64,000 nucleotides of DNA from Trichosphaerium sp. ATCC 40318 (lineage: Eukaryota; Protista; Tubulinea), in the NCBI GenBank assembly GCA_038496445.1, contig JALMLS010000473.1:1-64000 (forward strand), read 5' to 3'. The notes under the pieces were generated by a model. That model was not told where the DNA came from, did not search any database, and worked only from the letters and a program-made list of their open reading frames with translations. Positions 13,527 through 29,293 of the stretch are shown piece by piece. A program made the translations under genes and the position numbers. Within the stretch, counting starts at the first letter, position 1, and every line of letters begins with the position of its first letter.

Positions 13527-14224
13527 GAAGATATATTGTACTTGATTCTTTCCAATAAAACAAGATGACTTTTTTTGTTTTTGTTTAAGTTCTGTAACGT
13601 TTGCCACGATATTTCAGAGTTACTTAAATGGTGAAAAACCAACTCAATCTTGAGTTTACATAACATAAGGTGACAATCCAATTTTAGCTAACTGGTTCTA
13701 TTTCATTGAACCAAAGACAAATAAACTTAGTTTGTTTTCTATAAAACAGACATTAATGTCAGCTAGTACTACTTACTCATGGCACATTATAAATTAATTC
13801 TTATTGAAGATTTAGGCGTTGGTAAAACAGCAATTACTTTCGAGTCATTTCTATGAGAGTTTGGGACCTTCAACCAATACAAATTACTCGATGCTTGTAA
13901 GCTATTTTTAGTTATTATTTTTTTTAGCCTTGTTTTCTGGTTGTCTTAATGGTATGTTCTGGTAATTGATGAGTTTATCAAATGCAATACTGCTTCAAAG
14001 CTGTAGAGTGTTACTATGTATTTATGTAACCTAGTCGTTTGTCTAGCTATCTATGTGTGAATAGCTTCTTGTGAACGGCATCACTATACAATTTGTAGTG
14101 AACAAGTTTACAAGGTAGTTTTAGCAAGGATCAAGTACAGATACAAACTTGTATACAGGTGTGGAAGACAAGTAACATAAATGATAAGAAGGTTTATTAA
14201 AAATACAAAAAGCTGTTACAGTGT

Positions 14225-15593
14225 TTAGAACATCTTTCTGTGTATGATGGTTGGACCAAAATCATCATACTCTTCTTTGGATAGCCACATATTTGCAAAA
14301 GTGGATAGGGAAGCGAGGATAGATCCTCCAATCCATACAGAGTATTTTCTCTCAGGTGGAGCAATGACGTTGATCGTTCTGCAAGGAGCTAGAGCTGTCA
14401 ACTCTTTTTGTATACGGTCAGCAACACCTGGGAACATAGTAGAACCACCAGAAAGGACAACATCTCTATACAAGTCTTTACGGATATCAGTTTCGCACTT
14501 CATGATGGAGTTGTATATTGTCTCGTGTATGCCTGCAGATTCCATACCAAGGAAAGAAGGTTGGAAGAGAGCTTCTGGACATCTGAAACGCTCATTGCCG
14601 ATAGTGATCACTTGACCGTCTGGTAACTCATAAGACTTCTCTAGTGAAGAAGATGAAGCAGCTGTGGCCATCTCTTGTTCAAAGTCTAGAGCAACATAGC
14701 AGAGTTTCTCCTTGATATCTCGTACGATTTCTCGTTCAGCTGTTGTGGTGAAAGAGTAACCACGTTCAGTGAGCATTTTCATTAAGTAATCAGTGAGATC
14801 ATGACCAGCCAAATCCAATCGTATGGTAGCATGAGAAAGGGCATGACTTTCATAAATTGGTACTGCGTGGGTAACACCATCACCAGAATCGAGGACAATA
14901 CCTAAAAAAAAAGTAAGATTCAAAGCAAGCCGTATTTTCTGTGTATTAACCAATACGTACCAGTTGTACGTCCAGAAGCAAACAAAGATAACACAGACTC
15001 TATGGCCACATACATTGCCGGGGAGTTGAATGTCTCAAACATAATTTGGGTCATCTTCTCTCTAACACGAAGGTAAGTAAAAACAATTTGCAGAAAATAA
15101 ACGATGGATTGATCTGTTCAAAACCAATAAATCAATTACGTACCTGTTAGCTTTTGTGGTCAATGGCGCTTCAGTGAGGAGAACTGGATGCTCTTCTGGG
15201 GCGACACAGAGTTCATTGTAGAATGTATGATGCCAGATTTTCTCCATATCGTCCCAGTTGGTGATAATACCGCGTTCAATTGGGTACTTCAATGTGAGGA
15301 TACGTTTTGATTGAGCCTCATCTCCAACACATGAGTCTTTTAGTTCCATACCAACAATAGTATCAGGATGTCTTGGGCGACCGACAATAGATGGGATGAC
15401 AGCACGAGGTGCATCATCACCAGCAAAACCGGCTTTGCACATACCAGATCCATTGTCTACTACAAGGGCTTGTACTAGGTGAAGTCAGAGAAAGTAATTT
15501 AGCGGAGGTCTCTTTTTGGTTTTATTTTTGTTTTACTCCAAAAATGCTGTAGTGACAATAGTATTATGTTAGAGCCGTACCATTACCATCCAT
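14225..15593 (-). CDS. act: Actin, divergent paralog 1 (4 exons)
   Basis: [20 protein letters not shown]...HRKMF. It has a divergent D-loop, KR-IL with a Gly deletion, and IERG. Its 3' flank is similar to that of actin 2. Confidence 0.92.
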
Positions 15594-15900
15594 GTTGATT
15601 AGTTGTTTATTATGCTTAGAGTTTTAGTTTATGTTTATTTTCAAGCAAGCCAAATTTAGTGGAATTTTTGTTGAAATGCCCGAAATCTCGAAGGCGGTTG
15701 ATTTTCCGAGTAACTTGGTTGCACAGTGTAAATAATTTGTATGTGATAAATCTAACAAACAATCAGCTAACATTGAGTACCGGCCTTTGTAAATTGTATG
15801 CACAACATTTTAATTGTATTTCAAACAAAAAAAAAACGTTCATTGAATATAAGGCGAAAAAAAAACAATATGTTGCCTTACTTATTTCTAATGCGTTTTG

Positions 15901-16541
15901 ATGGTTGAGGTTTATGTTACTATTGCAACTATGGTAATCTTTGTTGGCACTGTTAACAAATACAGGATTAATGGCTTTACAACGTCAAAAATCGTGTAAA
16001 AAGTAGTACTACGCACTACCAGTACTATTTTGGTGTTAAATCACGTGACCAAATAAATTTTTTTGTACCTCCAAAGTAATCCGTTAATCCATAATACTAC
16101 GCTATAAGGTGATACCAGTAGATTTTGGTTGCCCTTTGGCTAAAAAGGGTAGTCTATTGAACGTTGTCACAGAACCACAGAGCATTGGTACCGTTATAAG
16201 CTGCAAAATTCATCGTGAATTATGCGGCGAATAGCTAAAAGAGGATTTCTAGTACTCCAATTAGTGTTAAACGACGTAAAACACTGTAGAACCACCAACT
16301 GTGAGTGCTACGCATGAAATAGAGAATAAAAAAAATAGTTGTGGTTCACTAACCTTGTTCGTAATTCTGTTTTACAGACTGCGTTGACGCTCCATATCAG
16401 ACTGTCATCATTAATGTCACATCTCCTACTTGGATCTGTAAATTATCGTGCATCTCAGAATTACAACTTGACATCTACGACATCTACCTGCTTACATTGC
16501 CTTTAAACTATTGGAAAAGGACAGAAGTATTGACAAGCTGA
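15901..16541 (+). CDS. Possible small spliced hypothetical gene
   Basis: AG/GT-bounded open segments VIPVDFGCPLAKKG.. and DCVDAPYQTVIINV..EVLTS*. The start is uncertain. Confidence 0.25.
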
Positions 16542-16834
16542 AGACATAGAATTGCAAGATTAATTGGCTTGGCACTTCAAAAGAGTGATACTATGTATTA
16601 ACCTAGTTGTTTAGCTTTGTATCACCTAGGCGTTTGCTGCTTTCTAAGTGTGAATAGCTTCTCCTTGTGGACAGGTATCACTATATACAATTTGTAGTGA
16701 GCAAGTTAGTGTAGTGAGTTTAGCAAGGATCCGTCAAGTACAGATACAAACAGATAGATAAGGTGTTTTGGAACATAGACAAGTAACATAAATGATAAGA
16801 AGGTTTATTAAAAATACAAAAGCTTGTAGCAGTT

Positions 16835-18342
<1,508 letters not shown>

Positions 18343-18454
18343 GTTGATTAGTTGTTTGTTATACTTAGAGTTTTAGTTTATGTTTTTCGAGTAGCCAATT
18401 TTTAATGGAATTTTTGAAATTTCTGAATTCATCTCGCCTGTGGTTGATTTCCTA

Positions 18455-18594
18455 AAATGTCGAAAAAAAAGTCGAAAAAATGTCAAAGTGATATTGAACT
18501 GTTCGCCACAAAGGGAGACAACTGGGTTATGGCGCTCAGTTGCCGCTAGGCTCTGCCCCCAAACCCCCTTAATGCCTTGGTATACTAAATAAAT
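18455..18594. repeat. Dispersed ~140-bp structured repeat, copy A
   Basis: Highly similar to 50893-51040. It contains a CAACTG..CAGTTG hairpin and GCTCTGCCCCCAAACCCCC. Confidence 0.85.
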
Positions 18595-18810
18595 AACCCT
18601 GCATTCGCTGTCCCATACTCGAATTGTGTCTAAAGTCAAACACTGGGAAATGGTCATCAATCAAAGTCCACGTGAAGTGATTGATTGGTGGTAGGTACGC
18701 ATATTTATGGCATGGAAAATGTGTCGTCTGCCAAACTTGGTTCTCGTGAACACGGCTTAAAGTTGGTTTACGGTTTTGCCTTGTTTTAACCAGACAATCA
18801 ATACCACCAC

Positions 18811-19089
18811 ATGTCACGCAAACCATCAGTACCTCAACCAACGCGTATGGCGCACTATACATCCGGTAAATCAAGAGGAGCCATGCTTCCCCCTCGAGCA
18901 AAACCAACAACACCACCAACAAAACCAGCCAAACAACCTACAGATCACGGGTCTTCCGGCATATCAGTAAAACAGCGTGTTGTAAAGAAAAAAACGCGCA
19001 TGAAGCATAGAACCTCTGGAAAATCAAAGCTAAACCTTAAATCCAAGACAGAATCACCAAAAGCAGTGCCACCAGAGGAGAAAAAGTAG
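18811..19089 (+). CDS. Small basic protein with RMxHxTSGK repeats (92 aa)
   Basis: RMAHYTSGK and RMKHRTSGK. It is a paralog of 56298-56630, with a shared C-terminus (SPKAxPPxEKK) and upstream motif. Confidence 0.75.
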   Translation: MSRKPSVPQPTRMAHYTSGKSRGAMLPPRAKPTTPPTKPAKQPTDHGSSGISVKQRVVKKKTRMKHRTSGKSKLNLKSKTESPKAVPPEEKK

Positions 19090-19638
19090 TTTAGCCTCAT
19101 TTAGTTTAAAAACCTCTAAAACAATACGCAACAGGTGTGACTACGCTCATTAAGAAAAAGCAGACCATTTCAGCGTTTTCTTAAAATAGATAAATACTAA
19201 TGGCGTTCAAACTTTTAAGGCATGTAACAATAACCAATAAAGGCCAAAAAAGTTGTTTGTCAATTTTCCTTTTCGTGTTAGCTCCAAGTTTATCCTTTAA
19301 TTCTGGAAGTCCAAAAAAAAAAAAGTACAATTACGGAACCTTTTCACAGTATCCACACAATTCATGTTCTCACTGTTATAACAAGAACACCAATACGTTT
19401 CCACAAACTAGAGTCGTATTTTACAGTTACAGCATAGCTGACAGATGCCACTTTTATTCAAAACTTAACGAAGGGAAAGTCAAAAAAATTTGTTGTTTTT
19501 TAAAATCGACTTGGTACACAGCCCCATCTACCTCTAAGTTTTTTTGTCCGGTGCACTTTTCTTTTACTGTTGTCCACCCACGCATTTATATAGTTGAAGT
19601 TGCTATTGTTTTGTTTTTGATTATACATTTTTTTGGAA

Positions 19639-21919
19639 TTAACTCTCAATAATTTTACGCTCATTAGACTCTTGTACAATACGCCATGTTTCAGGGGATA
19701 TGTTCTTAGGTCCTGGGATTTTACACTCAGCAGCAAGATCATATGCCAACTCTTCAAAATGTGCAGTACGGTTTACAGTTGTACGATGCATGAATCGTCT
19801 AAAAATAGTATAAGAAAGTCACGTGATGAGAAAAAAAATCTGGTTGAAATTTTTGTATTTTTTTTTCCAAGTTTCGAATAGAAAACTTTAAGTGTTCAAT
19901 GTTCTTACCTGTATGACTTTCTTAAGTTGTGTGGCTCGTAGCACATTGCATAAAGCATGAATCCAGACATTGTAATAAAAGATAATTGCATAGGTATAGT
20001 ACCATCAATATTAGGCAAGTAGCCACTAAACGATTGTAAGTACAAAATAAAGAAGATGAGCGAAAAACTCTCGCTCATTATAAAATTGTATTGTACCTTG
20101 CACGTGCTATTCTAGCAAGAGAAAACAATGCCTTTGATACAACATACATACGCATTTCGTTACTCCTGAATATAGCAATAGAAAGAGCGCCGATAAAGCA
20201 AGAAATGAAAGAATTAATAAAGTCATCTTTGCCTCTAAGAAATAAAACGAACAATAAGCAAGTGCGCATGTAAACATCAATACTAGCGAGGATTTTTTTG
20301 ACTACTGTAATAACGTACCTCAGACTTCTTAAAAATATAATACCAGCACGTGATGCTGAGCAAAATAATCCCAAAAAAACGCCGAACTTTACTGCATAAT
20401 GTTGTGTATCAATCATTCTTTGCTTTAGCTTTCTATTGACTCACATGATTAGCTCAATATTGCAACCACTTGAAGAACGTACTTGATATTAGATACAGAT
20501 ACTAAAAATTTATATAATTCGTATATAGCATAGCCAAGAACGAAGCACTTTATGAATCCAAGAAAAACTTCTGTCAATCCCCATTTTCCATTTTTTGAAA
20601 ACGAAATGAAAAGAGCTGAAGCAATCCTCTTTTCTATAGAATCAGGAGATCCTCCTTACCAAGAAATAGGCTCATTAATGTATGAGACATATGGTCTATA
20701 TTTGTTGGACTGTGACGGAACCCAGAGCCTAATGTGGCCATAGCTGCAGCGAAAAGAAGAGTCAATCCATATTTGAAAGGTTTTGCCCATCCTAGTTATA
20801 ACAGATTAGAAAAATGAATAGATACTCAAAAACATGTTAAAAGAATTACTAGACATACACATATTGATACGGGTGTAATTAAATTGTAAAAAAATTATGA
20901 GAAAAAATGTTTTCTTGCTTTGTGTTTGGGTAACAAAGAGGCAACCGCATGGCGCTAAATTTGCTGACACCGCTACTTTTCAGTTGCGCATACGCACTTT
21001 GCCAACGTACAAACAAAAATATTGATAAAAAACTGTTATCAGAGAGCTTCAGCACGATGACTATTTTTGGTGGTTTTGGTTTTTTTGGTAAAAAAAGTCG
21101 GCATGTTTTATCGACATGTGACGCACCTCTTACAACCAAAGCCTTAAAAGATGTCTCTAATCCTTGATTTGTAACGTATATAGATAGTTCTTCCCACCTG
21201 TTCTTCTTTTCAGTGTATAAGGCTAAACCAGATGTAACGAAGCCGCTAGCCAAATAAGCAAGCTGATAGTTCTTTCCTATAGCGTATTTTAGCGTCAATA
21301 CTCGTTTTAGAGACGTTGAGTGTACAAAAACAAGAAAATCGTGAAAACTGTTCTTTGTTCACACAATGAGTAATTTTGTGATAAAAACCATACAAGTAGC
21401 GCACATATACCTTGTGAAGGTACTTGGGTACTTTGCAATTGGTAAAAAGAAACGTACCAAGCGTATTTCTACAAATGCATGTCACTGCGCCATATCCCCA
21501 AGAAACCATTGCTACAACCAAATATGAGAATCGTTCGGACAATCAACAGCGTGAAAAAAGCGAAAAGCTTTCGCCTTTCGCAATACACTTCATATACGTA
21601 AGTGACGCTATTTCTCTCCGAACTACGCCATAAGAAAATGTGTTTTCGCGTTTATAAAAAACTTGAGTAGCGTACTGAGAAAAAACGCGCTACGCATCGT
21701 AGTAAACGCTACGCTCTTAATTTGACTGAATGTGGAGAGCTTGCCGCGAATCACAGCTGGTATGACAAATGCCGGTATATAAATCTGTAAACACGCTAGA
21801 TAGAACTTTGGAAAGGTAGAGGCGTAGAATGGAACACAGTGTTTACATTCAGGATGCATTAGCTCCCAACATTCTTTATCCGCCCATTTTCGCTCATCTT
21901 TTGGCTTTGAGAGGCTCAT
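19639..21919 (-). CDS. TMEM135: TMEM135/PMP52-like membrane protein (multi-exon)
   Basis: CWELMHPECKHC..LQIYIP..RSAFFLS, EKKNRWEELSIYV.NQGLE, FGVFLGLF and YEPHNLRKSY motifs. Confidence 0.8.
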
Positions 21920-22548
21920 ACGAAGCGTTGCGTTAAATCTACAGACTTGCCAAATTAAACAAAAAAAAGTCAACAATAAATCCACAAAAAGTGGGCTTTG
22001 TTTGCTATTTTACAATTCAAGTACTTCATATACGCTTAAAAAACTTGTTGTAAACCCGTGACACGCTATTGGTAGGTCACATTTAGTTGTGTGTCACATT
22101 TTCATCAAACTGTGCCAGTTTTTTGTTGCAAACGAAAATATCGGTTTTCTTTTTATTATTTATGCGTTGTAATCAAAGACTTCAAAATTGACGTGATGTT
22201 TACTCTTTATAGCGCGTTTTTACGAAAATTAAAGCGAATTCGTTTCATACGCTTTGAAAGAACTCTAAATTCGTTTGCACGTGCTCTTTTCGTTTAATAA
22301 ACTATCGAAACAAACCCATTATCCACAGTCGCGCAATCGTTGTACGTTTTTTCCACGAGAGAAATTGCTGATAAGATTTGAGCATTAACCTCTCAAAATA
22401 GGTCGTGAACATCTCCACAACAATCGCAGAGAGCGTGTAACACAATTCAAGTACTTTTTTATAGCTTCCTTAGAAATTTATGGAGACTTATGTAAAACAG
22501 GAGTAACTTCCTAAAAACCTTTACAAAGTTTCTTACAAAACAACAAGC

Positions 22549-23824
22549 ATGTCAAGGAAAAAGATTCTGTTGAAGATTATTGTACTAGGCGAGTCTGGTG
22601 TCGGAAAGACTTCTCTCCTTGTTCGTTACGTAAACAACAAGTTTACCGTTGCCACTAAGTCCACCATTGGTAAATAATCGGAAAAATAACAAACTTTGTC
22701 GTTGATCCTTTTGTAGGCGCTGATTTCCTCTCAAAACAAATCAACGTTGACGACAAACCATGTACTCTTCAAATTTGGTACGTAAAAGCTGAACGTCAAA
22801 GAATCTGTTGCAGATCCACGCCAATTGCCGTTTTTTTCGATTTGGGAACTAAAATCGTACTTCTACTACTTGAACTCGCATTTATGTGCAAATTGTAACA
22901 AAGAGTTCAACTTTTCTCCTCTGCCGAAAATCTATTCTCTGTTTACCGTTTTATACGCTTGTACTATGACGTTGTTACTTATTTATACTCTTTTTTAGGG
23001 ACACAGCTGGACAAGAACGCTTTCAAGTACATAAAAAGTTTTTTTACCAGTAAACGACGTACTAACGCCATATCAGGGTCTTGGAACAAGTTTCTACCGT
23101 GGTTCTGATGGAGCAATCTTCGTTTACGATGTCACACGTAAAAACACCTTTGACGAGCTAGATAACTGGCAAAAGTCATTTTTGATACAAATTGGCCAAG
23201 AAGGTAAGCTACACGTTACATTTTTTGAATTTCGACTATTTTTTAGTCCTACGCGTGTGAACAACGTCTAAACACTTTCGTATAGGAAACTCTGATTTCC
23301 CAATGCTCGTTTTGGCTAACAAAATCGATAGAGAAGACGCACGCGAGGTACAATTAATTAACTCTTTTTTTTTTTTTTTTTGAAAGAAAATACATCTCTA
23401 TGCCAGTTGTTCTCATTTTTGACGTATTTCGAGTACTTTCCGCGGTAAAACAAATGTTTAAAGAACTTTACAATTTTTTTTTTGATTTTTTTGAAAAAAA
23501 CTGTTACGCGGTCACAAAAGCACTCGTTTATGCCTAGAATATGAAAAGAATAATATATATTGTCTTATCATTGTATTGATGTTGTTTTTAAACGAGTTGT
23601 AGGTGAGCGAATCAACTGGTAGAAATTTCTGCGAGTCTAAAAACATCACATATCTCGAGACATCAGCTAAAGAAGCTATTAACGTCGATAAAGCGTTTTC
23701 TATGATTGCACGTAAAGTCATTGCTCAACTCAAACCAGAAGAGATTCAATACCAAGTCGTAGACCTTGGCGGTGATGGAGACGACGGTAAAGGTGGTTGC
23801 TGTGGAGGCGGAAACAAAAAATAA
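22549..23824 (+). CDS. RAB7: Rab7-like small GTPase (multi-exon)
   Basis: [63 protein letters not shown], with a C-terminal CC. Confidence 0.9.
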
Positions 23825-24437
23825 GAGAGTTTGACCCAACTTTGACCACACCCACTTAAATTACCCCAACTTTTTTCCCACATAAAAGTACTGGAACTAA
23901 GGATGTTGAGGGGTGACGTAAGTCACTCTTTTTGTTCTTACTACTGCTACTTTCAAAAAAAACCAAAAAAACCAAAAAAAATGCTTCACAAACCTTTGCA
24001 CGTGTTTGTTTACAAACAAAAAACGAAATACGTGTTTTGTAGATACGGATTAAATTAAAATAAATAATTTAACATACTGTGACAAAAGGTCCTTTGCTTT
24101 TATTAAAATTCGAACAGATCGGTTGAACTGAGGGTTAAAATTGTCACCTACTGAGCAATGCTTGAGTGTTGTTGGGGCAGAAACTATTGTGCTTGGTATC
24201 ATTGAACAAGCTGGTTGCACGCCTTGCACTGGAACATGTTTGGTTGAGCATAAAGGCACTTTTTTTGCTTTTTTTAACATGCCTTTGTTTCCTTTTTTTC
24301 GAGCTGTCAATAGATCTCAATTGGCAAGTCGTTGGATCCTATTCTGTTATTTAAACCGTGGTATCATGTGTTCCGCAAAATACAAGAACAGTTGTACCCT
24401 TACCAAGTCAAACTTATACAAAAAATCAAAAAGAAAA

Positions 24438-25898
24438 ATGGAATGTGCAGCTGATGATTCTGTTGAAACGTGTAAAGCACGTATTGGAGTTAATGGGTCA
24501 GAAAAAGAGGTCAGGGGGATACCTGGCGACTTCGTTGCTCTTAGTACAGTATTAAGCGCTCAATTGGAACAAATGAAAGCGTCACATGTCAAGGACGAAT
24601 GGTTGGTTATATACAAGAATTTTCACGCAGGATTTGAGTGGTTGTTACGTCATTACAGAGAAACAGCAGTAGAAATGTATGATAAGTATACAGAGAACGA
24701 AGAGGGCGCAAGAGAAGCCTATTTACCGATAGTACGTCCTTGTGATTTAAGGATTTTTTCTTCAAAGTTTGTTTTGACACGTGACTTGTTACTTATGAGC
24801 ACGCGAAGCGGTAAAACGTTATTATGAGTTTCAAGTGCTAACAACTATACAAACAGATGCAGGAGGCACTAGAATGTTGCGATTACTTGGATATGCCTGT
24901 GAGTCTTATGGAGCCAATATCAAGAATACTTCAAGCGGAGAAAGGAGACAACAATAATAGACTCATTTTAGAGCATGGATTCGCTCTAGATTTTCAATCT
25001 CCCGTCATTAATAATGCATATAACGGTAGTACGTATAAACGGTGTTTTACTTATCAATAAGGGTGATTTATTCATGTGTTGTTTAGAGTACATTGGATCG
25101 ACTTCGAATCATATTTTTATTGGGAACAAAAAAGACTTTAGTTTGAATGAAGACGGGTTTAAATTACTAAGAGCTATAAATGATACAGCATGTTTTATGG
25201 TCTCTAAAGAGTACCTACGAATGTATTTAAAACGTTTTACTGGAAATAAGAAAAATGCTATGCGTTTGCGTGTATCTAGCGCTGCTTTGATGTCAGAGTA
25301 TTGGAAGAAGTTATCATTTGTTGAATTGACAACAATCTCTGAAGCAAAGTCAACAGATGAACTCCGATCTGTTGTAACAAAGATACTTACAGAAACAGAT
25401 TTATCATTATTCAAGTATCTGGCTGTATTACTTAAAGTTGTCGCTTCTGTACAGAAGGATACAGCTTCGAAAATCAAGGAAACGTTCATTGAAACTAAAC
25501 TAAAACAAAGACTTTCTCCTTCTGTTTGGCACTTCGAATATGCTCCTGCACTGAAGGGTATACCAACATCTAGGCTTTGGAGTACTATAAGCCGCCCTGA
25601 ATTATCTCATAAAGTTCCTAAAATACCGTTTTTCTGGGAGGCTATCAAGTAACGTGATTTTTTTTTTTGCTCTTTTTTTTTCTTTGTTAATGACTTTTGT
25701 TGAAGGCTTGGTGCTATCCTCAATGAATGTTCTGTAACTGTTGTCCGTCAGTTTTGTGAACAAATGAAGAACGGTGTTATAGCAGCACCAGAAGAAGAAG
25801 TACAAGTTGATGACTCAAAGGAAGAGTATCCAATTGTTGTATCAGGATGGCGTGTTCAATGGCTACAAAAACATCATTCGTACCAGTTTGAATGGTAA
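24438..25898 (+). CDS. Hypothetical protein with an N-terminal Skp1/BTB-like domain
   Basis: ALSTVLSAQLE...ALECCDYLDM pattern. The open exons are joined by GT-AG introns. Confidence 0.5.
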
Positions 25899-26311
25899 AT
25901 CTGTAACGTGTTATTGTTGGAATATAAAATAAATATGTTGGTGTATCCTTACAGAGTACTTTGTGTTATGTTAGGCAAAATGTCACGTGCTTTTGAAAAG
26001 TAGGTTTCCGTTCTGAAATAACGTTATTTCAAAGCAACTCCAATAGCCAAAAAAAGTTGACAATACAGCAGTGAAAAAGGTAGTTGTGGCTCAGAATATT
26101 TTTCCTAATGAGGAACGGCATACATTCCCTACTTTTAAGAAGACACGTCCATACTCGTGTAACGCACAAAGCCCTGTCTTTCTATTCTCTGATTGGAAAT
26201 TACATTTTGGTATCATTAATATGTGTTCTCTGAATGATTCCTTTTTTCGCACATGGACAAAGTTTACAAACAAGTCTATTTTTTTTTGTGTTAAAGGCAA
26301 CGCAAACCGAA

Positions 26312-27378
26312 ATGGAAGGTATAATACGCGTACAGGACGTATGTGGGGAAGTGTGCCAGTGGCTAGAGCCAAACGACTTTCTTTACTTATCAACTTGTTC
26401 CAAAACTATTCATGGTGTATTATCGCGTGATCAGGCGTTGTGTAAACGCGTTTATGAGTCGCACTTCAACGATATCGATTCAAAGGTTCAAATTGGCGAT
26501 TCACCTGATACTGAGAATGGAATACAGCGCTATAGAATGGCTAGATGGTTTAGAGAAGTATTTTCTTGCCCAGATTGGTTTGAACGACTCAATAAACGTT
26601 GTAGTTACTTAAAAGAGGTAAATAGTGCACGTATATCAACGCTGATAAAAATAGGTCCAAAATGTCGTAAAACGAGGTGCGAAAGGTTTTCTAGATGCTG
26701 ACGCAAACATCTTAACGTTAAAAAACGCTAAAGGTAAGTTCTCTCAACCATAAAACACGGAGTTTAACAAAACTTTCAGGGTTCAACACAAAGTTTGATG
26801 GGACTGTTTTACACTGGCTATTCGTCTATTTGGACCCTTTCAAACTACCTTCCACTAAGACTGCAACCGTCACTGTACCGTGGGACGTCTTGAGTGAAGA
26901 GCATGATAAACTAGAGGATAGTTTACGCTATGCGTTTTTAAGTCTAACAAAGCCATCCACACCTTGTGTTAGTTTGAACCAAGAACACCGATACGACCTT
27001 TTCTTCCCACATGTAGCTGAAACGGGTAACGTTGAAACTGGTATACACGGAGGCTCAAAGCTAGGTTCAAACGGTGCACGACAGTTTGTTTCTGAAGATG
27101 AATTCGCAATAACAAGCACTGCTGATATGACAATGGGTTGTTCTTTCGTTACTTATAAAGAACCTGTTACTATAGTGTTCTGGGGAAGATTGGTTCCATA
27201 CTTCTTTGGTGAAGAAGCCAAATTCAAACTTGATTGTTTGTCGAATGTAGTGTTCAAAGATAGCATTGCAAGCGCTGTACCTCTTAAACCTAAAGGTTCT
27301 AAACAGGTCAGTGCTAAATGTGGTACTCTTCGAAAAATCACAGATGATAATTGGACCATAATCAAAGCCAAAAAATAA
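26312..27378 (+). CDS. F-box-like protein (3 exons), intact copy
   Basis: VCGEVCQWLEPNDFLYLSTCSKTIH is F-box-like. Introns at about 26618-26656 and 26733-26779 restore one reading frame. Confidence 0.7.
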
Positions 27379-27848
27379 TAAACAGCTGAATGTGTTACTC
27401 TACAATATAATATTGTTTCAAAATCAAATCATATGTGCAATTAACGTGTAGCCAGAAGACTTGTGTAACAGCTTTGTTACATTATTTATCTTTGGTGCTT
27501 GTGAGTGTTAATTTTTAGTTGACTTTGTAATTCCAAAAAATGGGCCTAAAAGTGTTAAGTAAGCACTATTGTCACGTCAGTGACTGAACTAACAGTTAAA
27601 AAAAGTATGTAATCACTAAAACATTTAGTCCAATGTTGTGGTACCAGTCGGAAAGGTAAATACTCACTATCAACAACATATCTAGCAGAGTCTATGTCTA
27701 GTTGTAATAGTGTTTAAGCACACCAATACTACACCATTCTCCACAGTTCCTTCCTTGATAAATGTGCAATGTGTTCAAGTTACCAAAGTAACAAAAGGAT
27801 AACTGTAATATATGAAGGTTTTATTAGCAATACAAAAGCTGTGACTAT

Positions 27849-29293
27849 TTAGCAGCAACATTTTTTATGTACAATAGCTGGACCATACTCATCATACTCT
27901 TCTTTGGAGATACATGCTGATCCAAAATTGGCAAGGGAGGCAAGGACAGATCCTCCAACCCATGCAGAGATTTGTCTGTCAGGTGGAGCAATGATCTTGA
28001 TCTTCATGTTAGAAGGAGCTAGAGCTATCAACTCTTTTTGTATACGGTCAGCAACACCTGGGAACATAGTAGAACCGCCAGCAAGAACAACATTACAAAA
28101 CATGCCTCTACGGATAGCCATATCACACTTCCTGATGGAGTCGTATATTGCCTCGTGTATGCCTGCAGATTGCATACCACAGAGCTTAGGTTGGAAGAGC
28201 GCTTCTGGACATCTGAAACGCTCATTGCCAATAGTGATCACTTGACCGTTTGGTAACGTGTAGGACTTCTCTAGTGAAGAAGATGAAGCGGCTGTACCCA
28301 TCTCTTGTTTAAAATCAAGAGCAACGTAGCAGAGTTTGTCTTTGATATCTTGTACGATTTCACGTTCAGCTGTTGCGGTGAAAGAGTAACCACGTTCAGT
28401 GAGGGTATGAATCAAGTAATCAGTTAGATCACGACCAGCCAAATCCAATCGTATGATAGCGTGAGTTAGTGAGTAACCTTCATACATTGGTACTACGTGG
28501 GTAACACCATCACCAGAATCGAGGACAATACCTGAAAAAAAAAAACAAAGTAAGTACATAAAATCTGGTTCTTGTTTTCTTTCAGTGAACTTCTTACCAT
28601 CAGTCCGCCCAGAAGCATATGAAGAAAGCACAGACTGTATAGCAACAAAAAATGCAGGAGTATTGAATGTCTCAAACATGATTTGTGTCATCTTCTCTCT
28701 TGAAGATGAAAGTAAGCAAAAACAACTCAAATTCTAAAAGGTCAGCCACAAATGTTTCATCTTTTCAAAACAAACAAGTCAATTGCGTACCTGTTAGCTT
28801 TTGGGTTTAATGGAGCTTCAGTGAGAATGACTGGATGCTCTTCTGGGGCAACGCAAAGCTCATTATAGAAACTGTGATGCCATATTTTCTCCATATCATC
28901 CCAGTTGGTGATAATACCACGTTCAATTGGGTATTTCAATGTAAGGATACTACGTTTCCTTTGGGCCTCATCACCAACATATAAGCTTTGTCCTACACCA
29001 GCCTTAACTCCAGTGCGTATTGGGCTACCGACAATAGATGGAAAGACAGCAAAAGGTGCATCAAAACCAGCAAAACCGACTTTACACGAACTAGATCCAT
29101 TGTTTACTACGAGTACTTGTGCTAAGCGTAGAAAGTCAGAGAAAGTAAACCATTTACGCGTTATTATAGCTTATTGGCATGTAGCTAATTAGATAGCCGA
29201 TAACAGCGCTTATGTAGATAATATCGAAAAAACCTTGCTGTATTTGGTTGTAGGAGTCGTTAAACTATGTTAAAAGAGTTGTACCGTACACAT
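27849..29293 (-). CDS. act: Actin, highly divergent paralog 3
   Basis: [24 protein letters not shown]...IERG...HKKCCC*, with the same intron positions as the other actins. Confidence 0.88.
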
